Of a stretch of DNA of 64,000 nucleotides, positions 54,404 through 64,000 are shown one piece after another. Made by a program: the position numbers and the translations under genes. The notes under the pieces are model-generated. The model was not told the origin of the DNA and did not search any database. It saw nothing but the letters and a program-made list of their open reading frames with translations. Each line of letters begins with the position of its first letter. Positions within the stretch are counted from its first letter, which is position 1. Source of the stretch: Octopus vulgaris (Eukaryota); NCBI GenBank assembly GCA_951406725.2, contig OX597840.1, positions 16,492,001 to 16,556,000 of the forward strand, in the 5' to 3' direction.

Positions 54404-55184
54404 TTAACCTTTTTGTTGCCGTATTTATTTTGAGATGCTCTGTGTTTCTATCAATTAATTTAAAATATAATAAAATAATTTAGTAAAATAACTTAGTTAT
54501 CATTAAGCTAGTGTTAGGAACATAAATTGTTACTAAGGTTTGGTGGAAGATTTTAATTCAAAGCTTTTGAAAACAAGTTATTTGTACTACAGAATCAGAG
54601 GTGGTTTCAGCTAGTTTGGTACCAAAAGGGTTAAGAACTGTTTCTCTATATATTCTTTCATTGCTGTATTTCTGTTGAGATGTTTTGTGTTTCTATGAAT
54701 TAATTTTAAATAAAACAAAGAATTTAGTAAAATAACTTGGTTATCATTAAGCTAAATTGTGACATAAGGTTTGGTGGATAGAGGCACATGGCCTAGTGAT
54801 TAGAGCAGCGGACTTGTGGTCGAGGGATCGTGAGCTTGAATCTCAGACCGGGTGGTGTGTGTGTTTATGAGCGAAACACCTAAGCTCCATGTGGCTCAGG
54901 CAGAAGGTAATGACGAACTTCTGCTGACTCTTTCACCACAACTTTCTCTCACTCTTTCCTCCTGCATCTTGCATCTCACCTGTGATGGACCAGCGTCCCG
55001 TCCAGGTGGGGGAATCCTATATGCCAAGGCAACCGGGAAACTGGCCCTTATGAGCCAGGCATGGCTCAAGAAGGAACGAACAACAAGTTTAGGTGGAAGA
55101 TTTTAATTCAGAACTTATGAAAATGAGACTTTTGTACTGCAGAGTTAGAGGTGGTTCCAAGCAAGCTGGTATCAAAAGGGTTAA
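54404..55184. mobile_element. Two tandem piggyBac-type MITEs, the second interrupted by a tRNA-derived SINE (54779-55084)
   Basis: Same family as 2449-2674. SINE has a tRNA-like head (GGCCTAGTG.TTAGAGC), a (CAA) tail and a ~13-bp TSD AAG(G)TTT(A)GGTGGA. Confidence 0.8.
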
Positions 55185-55317
55185 GGATATAAATAACACC
55201 ATTCTTTGAAGGCTGTGGGTACTATGCCTTCCTCTAGACCCACCAAATAAGCCCTTCAACCACCCCCTAGGTCACCGTTTCATAATCAGCTTTTCTAACC
55301 TATTCCCTATTTCACAG

Positions 55318-55564
55318 ATCATAAATGGTGAGGAGTGGCCTCCCTTTGTATTTGAAAGCCCGGTTGACATGCAATATCCTACGGGATTACCCCAAACATC
55401 CCAATTTGCTCTTGGGTATGAATATTACAGCTTACATAGTGGTCATCTGATGTGGTCAACCCTGTGGCTCCGTCAGCACAATCTGTTCTGTGATATCCTG
55501 ACTGTTGAACATCCAGACTGGACTGACGAACAGCTGCACCAAGCCGCAAGAACTGCTGTCTTAG
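55318..55564 (+). CDS. PTGS: COX-like gene, exon equivalent to PTGS2 exon 7
   Basis: ttcacag acceptor, gtaagt donor. IINGEEWPPFVFESPVDMQYPTGLPQTSQFALGYEYYSLHSGHLMWSTLWLRQHNLFCDILTVEHPDWTDEQLHQAARTAVL (WLR.HN..CD.L..EHP.W.DEQL.Q motif). 247 nt, phase 0-1. Confidence 0.96.
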
Positions 55565-56550
55565 GTAAGTTCTTCATCTTCACTTTATGTAGCATATCTA
55601 GAAATGCTCAGGATTATGAGGCTCCACTGTCTTAGCCTCACCACCTCCCTATAACTTTGCTCCTTCTGGAACCTGCTGGAAAAGCTATCAAAAATATCTT
55701 CTCCCTCTATCTCCTTTCTCTTTCTCTCTCACTCCTGTCTCTTTTTTTCTTTTTCCTTCTTTCATTCTTTCTCTCTCTCTTTTTCCCACTCTCTTTCTCT
55801 CCCTCTCTCATTTTCTCTTTCTCTCTCTCCTCTCTTTATCTTTCTCTCTTTCTCCCGCTCCACCTCTCTCTCCCTGTTTCATTCTCTCTCCCCTCTCTTT
55901 CTCCCTCTCATTCTTTCTCTTTCCTTCTCTCCACCCCCTCTCTCGTTCTCACTTTTTCTCTATCCTCTCTATTTCTCCCTCTCCCTCCTCCTCTCTCCCT
56001 CTCCCCCTTTCTCTTAGCCCTCTCTTTCTCCCTCTCCCACTCCCCTTTCTCTCATTCTCTCTCTCCCTTTCCCTCCCCCCCTCTCCTCCTCTCCTTTTCC
56101 AGCAGTCATTAAGTAGACTATGAACAAGTGTATACATACTGACACATGCTTACATATATCTTTCACCTGTTTCTGTCATTAGACGATGGCCATGCTGGGG
56201 CACTGCCTCAAAGAATTTTAGTCAGACGAATCGACCTCAGCACCTTTTTGTCTTTGAAGCATGGTATTTATTCTGTCAGTCTCTTTTGCTGGACTGCTAA
56301 GTTTACGAGGATGTAAACACTCCAGCACTGATTGTCTAATGGTGAGGGGTCAAACACAAAAACACACACATGGATATATATGTATAAATCTATGGAGCCC
56401 TAGTAATCCATTACAGCACTTACCTAACCTACCTAATCGTTTAGATCCCTATCAACTCTCCTAGTTTTTCTCCTTGGAATGTGGCAGAAGTTGTTCTCTG
56501 CACATTTTCAGTGTTTATTGCTCCTCAGCATCTGCCACATACAAAAACTA

Positions 56551-56591
<41 letters not shown>

Positions 56592-57463
56592 GATGGGCTT
56601 CTTTCAGTTTCTGCTGACCAAATCCACTCAAAGATTTGGTTGACCCAAGGCTATTGTAGAAGGCACTTGCCCAAGGTGCCACGCTGTGGGATTGAACCTG
56701 GAGCTATGTGGTTGGGAAGCAACTTTTATTCCTAAACTAATATTTGTACCATTAATAATTGGGGTTCTTGGTTTTGTGACAATCTGGATAAGCTGGGAAA
56801 AAGAAATCAATTACATAATATGTACACTACAAATACAGTTTGTAAGCAGAAGAGTTAAAAATATGCAAGGCTTTTTGCAAGTTCAAAATGTGGCATTGTT
56901 TTGGTAAGCTCTATTCCAATGATGGAGCTTTGCATCTTTGTTAGAAAGCAGCTGCTTTTGTACTGGAAGATTTCAAATAATTAATTAAAAATTGAAGAGA
57001 ACATACATACATTTATACATACTTTGATAGGTTTTGGCCAGTATTGGCCCAGGCCATGTCTAACTTAATAGCACCACCTGGCAAAGCCATTCAAATCAGG
57101 AATCGGACAACGTGGCCCACTCAAGTACTGAGACCCCCTTCAGTCACGACACAGACCATGGGATTGCACCTAGAAAGTTACCCTCCCAGGCACAAGTCCG
57201 GGCAAGGTTGTTTATGGAAGACCAGCAGTTGCCCATGCATACTGGCCTCCCCTCTCCACGCCACCACTGTTATCCAAGGGAAAGGCAAAGGGGCCGATAC
57301 AGCTTGGCACCTGTGATGTCGCAACTCATTTCTACAACTGAGTGAACTGGAGCAATGTGAAATAAAGAGTCTTGCTCAAGAACACAACACACAGCCCAGT
57401 CCAGGATTCGAGCTCACAACCTTACAGTAGTAAGCTCAACGCTCTAACCACTGAGCTATGCAC

Positions 57464-57655
57464 CTTCACTAGCCCACTCAAGTAGAGAGTTACTATTTAC
57501 AGAGACATATCTGGGTGTAGGAGGTTTATCCGGGATTTTTTGAAGGAGTTTGTCCAAAGACTTCTTGAACTTTATGGGGTCTGTTTCTGTTTTGATGTGT
57601 TTTGGTGTAATGTTAAAGAAAGCGGGGCCAATAACATAACACAACTTACGTGGCT
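57464..57655 (-). mobile_element. CR1-type ORF2 C-terminal fragment
   Basis: GPAFFNITPKHIK...FKKSLDKLLQKIPDKP...NSNSL, homologous to the end of ORF2 at 31500-31700. Confidence 0.7.
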
Positions 57656-58101
57656 ATTGATAAGGGGTTTTCAAATCCGTTACCAGGTTTTAAAAAACTA
57701 AGTACTGGGGTTGATTCATTTGACTAAAATTCATCAAAGTGGTGCTCCAGTATGGCCACAGCCTAATGACTAAAACAAGTAAGAGATAAAAGCTATATTT
57801 ATGTGTGTGTGTTTAAGTATCAATTAGAAGCAGCTTGAGGGATATAAACAATATCGAACACACAGACACAAGGTACATGTTTTGCTAGTTCGTGGATGAG
57901 TTGCACTTATAGGCATGAGTGAATATATTCTCATCAAAAGGTGCTGGTGTGGCTGTGTGGTAGGAAAATTGCTTCCTAACCACACCGTTTTGGGGTCAGT
58001 CCCACTGTGTGGCATTTTGGGTATGTGTCTTCTACTATAACCTTAGGCCAACCAAAGCCTTTTGAATGGATTTGGTAGACGGAAATTGAAAGAACGCTGT
58101 C

Positions 58102-58132
<31 letters not shown>

Positions 58133-59000
58133 CTCTTTTACTCTTTTACTTGTTTCAGTCATTTGACTGCGACCATGCTGGAGGACGACTTTAAGGGGTG
58201 TTTTAGTTCAACAAATTGACCCCAGGACTTATTCTTTGTAAGCCTTGTACTTATTCCGATTGTCTCTTTTGCAGAACCACTAAGTTATGGGGATATGAAC
58301 ACACCAGCATCAGTTGTCAAGCGATGTTGGGGGGACAAACACAGACACAAAAGCATATACACACACATAACATATACATACATATATACAATGGGCTTCT
58401 TTCAGTTTCCATCTACCAAATCCACTCACAAGGCTTTGGTTGGCCCAAGGCTATAGTAGAAGACACTTGCCCAAGGTGCCACACAGTGGGATTGAACCTG
58501 GAACCATGTGGTTATTAAGCAAGCTACTTACCACACAGCCACTGCTATGCCTATAGCCACTCCTATGCCTATATATGTATATACATTTATGTATGTGTGT
58601 CTTTGTGTCTCTGTTTGTTCCCCTACCATTGCTTGACAACCGATCTAAGTGTGTTTATGTTGCCGAAACTTAGCAGTTTGGCAAAAGAGACCAATGGAAT
58701 AAGTACTAGGCCTACAAAGAATAAGTCCCGGGGTCAATTTCTTTGACTATAGGCAGTGCTCAAGCATGGACGCAGTCAAAATGGCTGAAACATGTAAAAG
58801 AGTCAAAGAGTAATGTGTCTCTGGTGTTAAAACATATGTATATATGTGTATATTATTATATGTATATATGTGTGTGTGTATATTTTATGTATATATGTGT
58901 GTATATTATTATATGTATATGTATACGTATATATGTGTGTGTGTGTGTATTATTATATGTATATATATATATATATGTGTGTGTGTGTATTATTGCCCAG

Positions 59001-59287
59001 CTATGAACATAAAGATTATTGTGGAGGAATACATTGCCCACATGGCCCGTTACTACTACAATTATGTCTACACTCCGGAGGCTGTATTCCAAGATGGTGC
59101 CCAGTGCAAAGAATTCATGCTGGAAGAGTTCAAGCTGCTTTTACATTGGCACCAAATGTTACCAGACCAAATTGCCTTCAATGGAACCGCTTACGACATG
59201 AAAGACTTTCTCTTCCAGTCACAGTTTCTCATTCAATTTGGAATCGGTCCTTATGTTGAGGCCCTCATTAAACAGTCTGCAGGAAGG
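59001..59287 (+). CDS. PTGS: COX-like gene, exon equivalent to PTGS2 exon 8 (proximal His; Tyr385 position reads Leu)
   Basis: cccag acceptor, gtaagt donor. AMNIKIIVEEYIAHMARYYYNYVYTPEAVFQDGAQCKEFMLEEFKLLLHWHQMLPDQIAFNGTAYDMKDFLFQSQFLIQFGIGPYVEALIKQSAGR aligns without gaps to COX ETIKIVIEDYVQHLSGY...EFNTLYHWHPLLPD...QIAGR. 287 nt, phase 1-0. Confidence 0.96.
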
Positions 59288-60698
59288 GTAAGTTCTTGCA
59301 AGTTCTTGGAACGATTTCTTTTTTTTTATTCACTTTCACTTGGCTGGTTACTGCCTATTGTTCTTTTTTTTTCGTTTTTCTTTTTTCTTTCTCTTTTTAC
59401 TTTCCTCCCCCTTCTTTTCTTCTTCCTTCTTTGTTTTCTTTCTCTCTTCATCTCCTGTCTCCCTGCCCCGTATCCCACCTTACTGTAGAAAGATGATGTA
59501 GTGTTATTCATCCCCCTCTTTTCTTTATTTCAAGATATTTTAAAAGCTAAAAACATTTGGGGTTCTAACTTCCAAGGCAGGACATTGCCCAGAATCAGCA
59601 GAGCACTGGACAAAACACTTCACATTATTTAGTTGTGGTCCTTTATGTTCTTGGTTCAAATCCCACCAGAGTCCAGTTTGCTTTTTTGCTTTTTTTTTAT
59701 CTCTTGGGGGTAGGGGAGTGATGCTACCTCAAAATAAAGAAATAGAGGAAGAGAAATGAGAGAAAGAGATGAAGGGAAACCTTGTATAACATTGCAGAAT
59801 GCAAGAGAAACATGACAGAACACAGCTGAAGACATTGTAAAACATTGATGTTGGAACAACTGCAAAGGAGACGAGGACAGAAGAGAACACATAGGAAGAG
59901 TTTAGTGAAGAGCAGAATATGGTCATAGTAGGAGTCCGTAGAAGATTCTAGAATGTAACATAACACACCAGAATACGATGGAACATATAAGGGCACAAGG
60001 AACACATGACAACATTGTAGGACCTGTCAGACTACAACAGAATGTATCAGAGCAGGACATACCTGAATACAAAGCATCAAATAAGAACACAATACAGAAT
60101 ACAAGAATAGAAAGAACACTGTAGATGGTGGTGGTGGTGGTGGTGGCAGTGGGTGGGTGTGGCAGTAGTGATGGTGGGAGGTGATGGTGTAAGTGGTGGT
60201 GGCAATGAGGATAGTCGTGGTTATTGTGGTGGTGGTGGTGATGGTAAGTGGTTATGATAATGGGTGGTGGTAGCAGTGTTGGTGCTGGTGATTGTGGTAG
60301 GAATGAGGGCAAAATTATTGTGGAATTAGGAATATTTGCTGATAACTGTACCCACGAGTCAATATGGCACCATCTAGTGGATGTTTGTAAATAGGTTTGG
60401 TTTTAATTGACTAATTAGGGTTAAGCATCCCCTCATGTCTTAAATGTGAGTTCACGCACGCACACACACACACACACACGCAAATGTACATGTACACAAG
60501 CACACACAGTCACATACATGCATACATAGACATGTACACCCACTTATAAATACATATTCACACTCACCCATGAACACACACACACACACACACACACATA
60601 CATACACTCACATATATACACACATACACTCACACACACAGACACATACACCCACTTCTTATAAATACATATTCACACACACACACACACATGAATAC

Positions 60699-60731
<33 letters not shown>

Positions 60732-62549
60732 GAGTCACAGATGGTCAGGATAATTAAGATAACAAGATCCACTGACAATATTTACTTTGCTCAATTTTTT
60801 AATTTCTTGCTGCCAAATTCACAGTTCAAATCGCACAGGTGGACCAAATTCATATTTCTGATTTTGATCAATAAACTAAACTAAATCACCTGTGAAGATC
60901 AATCAACTAAAAAATAAGTCACTTGTGAATTACTTTTGAAGAGCCACCTCAAATCCTTTGGTAACAGGATGCTTCATGGGACCATGGGTTACGATTGGTT
61001 AGATTCTCTGTCCAACCAATGGCTCTACTCAGAAATTGAAATGCTTCCTGTTACTTGTGTGATTAGGGAGTGTCAGCTCAATCTGTTTGAACATGTTACT
61101 CAATTTTCTGAGTTGAATTCTATGTGTTGTGTTCTCTTCTCTGAGGAACTGGTTGGAGTGGTGGCTCATATTGGTCGGCCACGTGTCAGATGGTCACAGT
61201 GGGTAACAAAATATCTTGTGGAGACAGGTGATGCCTAGGACTTTGTTCATGCTTGGCAGGGTTGTGTGGAATGGCTGGAGCAAATAGAAGCACAATAGTG
61301 AGAGCAAAGGGATTCAAATGATGATGCCCACTCTTTCTGTCTCTAGATCTTGACTAAAACTGACCAAAAATCAGTGAAAGAGCTCCTCTAAAGTAGTTTG
61401 ATTTCCCTGCTAGAAATACCAACCAAAGCTTTTCATTTGCCTGCAAATTTATTATTTGTTGTTTATATGTAAGAAGGACAGTTGTTGGTAGGTTGTGAAT
61501 GATTGGTTCAGTGTCTGTAGCTGATGAGATGTAATGATGTAGAAACATGTGGCCTGCTGTTCAATGCTATTATTCAGAGCCCCACATTATTTTCTCATAG
61601 ACAATGTAGATCTCCCCATACATAGTCAATCAGGAGAATTTCTGTTCTGAGACAACTACAACAGTAAAAGTCTTTGCATGTTTGGGTGTTGATCAAAGGT
61701 TCTCGACTATTTTTTTCCCCCTACGAATCCCTTTTGATTTCAATTTTACTCAACTGGACCTCCATAGCCATTCACTGTATATATAAAAAGAAAACCTTAC
61801 TGCATTTTTATTGTTAAATATTATTAGGAATTGTATATAAAAAAAATTTAAATTGTTGGATTTAGGTCAGGAGTGGCTGTGTGGTTACCAATCACATGAT
61901 TCCGGGTTCAGTCCCACTGCATGGCACGTTGGGCAAGTGTCTTCTACTATAGCCTCGGGCCGAACAAAACCTTATGAGTGGATTTGGTAGGCGGAAACTG
62001 AAAGAAGCCTGTTGTATATATGTATATATATATGTGTGTGTTTGTCCCCCCAACATCGCTTGGCAACCGATGCTGGTGTGTTTATGTCCCCGTAATTTAG
62101 TGGTTCGGCAAAAGAGACCGATAGAATAAGTACTAGGCTTACAAAAAATAAGTCCTGGGGTCGATTTTCTTGACTAAAGGCGGTGCTCCAGCATGGCCAC
62201 AGTCAAATGACTGAAACAAGTAAAAGAGTAAAAGAGTAATTACAAATAATGGACTGCACATGAATTTTAACAGCAAAACCTTATATGGACCCACAAGGGA
62301 AATACGGACTCTCAAGTGCAATATGAACCCTGGTTGAGAATCACTGGTGTACACAAACTTGTTAAATATAAATATACACAGCTTAATTTTAATTATCACC
62401 AACCTGCTTGGCAACCATGTAGTTTTGAGTTCAGTTCTACTGCACAGCACCTTAGGCAAGTTGTCTCCAACTAATACCCGCAGGGCAACCAAGTGAATTT
62501 GGTAGATGGCAACTGTGTGTATACATACACACACAAATAATATATATAC

Positions 62550-63490
62550 ATCCTAGATGTGAATGGATTTATAATAGAAGAGTAAAGCTACTTAGTGGCT
62601 CCATCATTGATTTACATAAACAGCAGTTAAATACTGGAGTTGATTCAATCTCTTAACTAGAAAATTAAATTTCATGGTTATTCCATTTATGATATTAAAT
62701 ACCTAGCAAAGAATAATTTTTTTTTCTGCAAGACACTTTGCCTCAATAAACTCCACATAGCTTGACAAAGTATAGTTCCATTAATCCTTTCGTTACTGTA
62801 TTTATTTTGAGATGCTCTGTGTTTCTTTCAGTTACTTTAAATATAACAAAGAATTTAGTAAAATAACTGAGTTCTCATTCAGTTAGTGTTAGGAGCATAA
62901 ATTGTGACTAAAGTTTGGTGGAAGATTTTAATTCAAATCTTATGAAAACAAGACATTTGTACTCAGAGCCAGAGCCAGTTTCAGCCGGGTTGGTAATGAA
63001 AGGGTCAAATAGTTCCAAAAATGACATTACCCAACAAAAGATAGACTGATCTTTAAAACTACTTTCTACAGTTAAAGGTAATACAATTTTGAGTTGATAT
63101 ATCTGATTTCAGCAGTAAAAGGTTAATATTTCTGTAGAATATCCTAGATGTAAATGGATTTATAAAAGATTATGACTACCTAGTGGTTCCCCTTTTCAGG
63201 TTTTGTTTTCTTTATTAGCAGTATTTAAATACTGGAGTTGATTTAACTCTTTAACTGCAAAAATAAATTTTAAGGTCATTCAAGTAATGATGTTAAATAT
63301 TTACCAAAATTAGAATTGGTATTTTCTGCAAGTTACATTGCCTCACTAAACTTGACATATATCAACAAAAAATAATTCCAAACATGACATTTCTTCAACA
63401 AAAGATAGACTGGTATGCAGAACATCTTTCTGCAGTTAAGGGCAATGAAATTTTGAGTGGCTGTATCTGATTTCTAGTGCAAAAGGGTTA
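62550..63490. repeat. Diverged ~350-bp tandem duplication, first unit interrupted by a piggyBac MITE (62781-63008)
   Basis: ATCCTAGATGT.AATGGATTTATAA...AAATACTGGAGTTGATT...CAACAAAAGATAGACTG...AAAAGG(G)TTAA at 62550 and 63141. Confidence 0.75.
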
Positions 63491-63600
63491 AGTTAACGAT
63501 TCTCAAGACTGGTATAATGTTAATTAATCAAAGCTCCTCATCATTGTTGTAGTGACAGAAAGCTTGCTAATGGTCTGCTTTGATTGTGTTGTTGCAACAG

Positions 63601-63745
63601 GTCACTCACCATAACCATGGTCCTGCAACTATACTCCATGCCAGACAAGCCCTACTCCATGCCAGGACATTACGACTCCAGTCCTACAACAATTACCTCA
63701 GGCATTTCAAGTTGAAAACTCCAAAGACGTTTATTGAGCTGACAG
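63601..63745 (+). CDS. PTGS: COX-like gene, exon equivalent to PTGS2 exon 9 (gene continues beyond the window)
   Basis: aacag acceptor, gtaagc donor. VTHHNHGPATILHARQALLHARTLRLQSYNNYLRHFKLKTPKTFIELTG vs COX ...R.M.YQSFNEYRKRF.LKPY.SFEELTG. 145 nt, phase 0-1. Confidence 0.93.
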
Positions 63746-63757
63746 GTAAGCTGGTAC

Positions 63758-64000
63758 CTCTCCTATTCCCTCTTCTCTCTCTCTCTCTCTTTCCATCTCT
63801 CCCATTTCCCTCTTCTCTCTTTCCATCTCTCCTATTCCCTTCTCTCTCTCTCTCTCTTTCCATCTCTCCCACTCCCCTCTTCTCTCTCTCTCTCTCTTTC
63901 CATCTCTCCCATTCCCCTCTTCTCTCTCTCTCTCTCTTTCCATCTCTCCTATTCCCTTCTCTCTCTCTCTTTCCATCTCTCCCATTCCCCTCTTCTCTCT
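63758..64000. repeat. CT-rich minisatellite (TTCCATCTCTCC.ATTCCCCT(CT)n)
   Basis: Direct reading. Confidence 0.9.

Noticed and set aside
59141-59143. RNA editing as a way to restore Tyr385 or Gln203
   Set aside because: A-to-I turns TTA into TTG (Leu) and GAC into GGC (Gly); neither restores the canonical residue.

Overview
Eukaryotic, AT-rich, repeat-dense DNA. The SINE, LINE and microsatellite landscape suggests an octopus or other coleoid cephalopod (inference). The whole window lies inside one + strand gene, a cyclooxygenase (prostaglandin G/H synthase, PTGS/COX)-like heme protein. Eight GT-AG exons (218-337, 3774-3914, 22262-22390, 24832-24989, 43798-43881, 55318-55564, 59001-59287, 63601-63745) splice into an open 1311-nt frame matching vertebrate PTGS2 exons 2-9; the first and last exons lie outside the window. 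The protein keeps the EGF domain, membrane-binding helices, Arg120, distal His207 and proximal His388. However, the catalytic Tyr385 reads Leu, the distal Gln203 reads Asp, and the peroxidase-site loop is shortened, so it may be a non-cyclooxygenase enzyme or pseudoenzyme of the COX family. The introns hold a near-intact CR1-type LINE (Myb/SANT + CCCH ORF1, minisatellite 5' region), a decayed RTE LINE, a full-length Tc1 element, mariner, piggyBac, Helitron, Penelope and R4/Dong fragments, hammerhead-ribozyme motifs, a tRNA-Asp gene, a perfect 106-bp-arm palindrome, many SINEs and long (TA)n tracts. Residue numbers follow ovine COX-1 convention and come from manual alignment to remembered COX sequences, not a database search.
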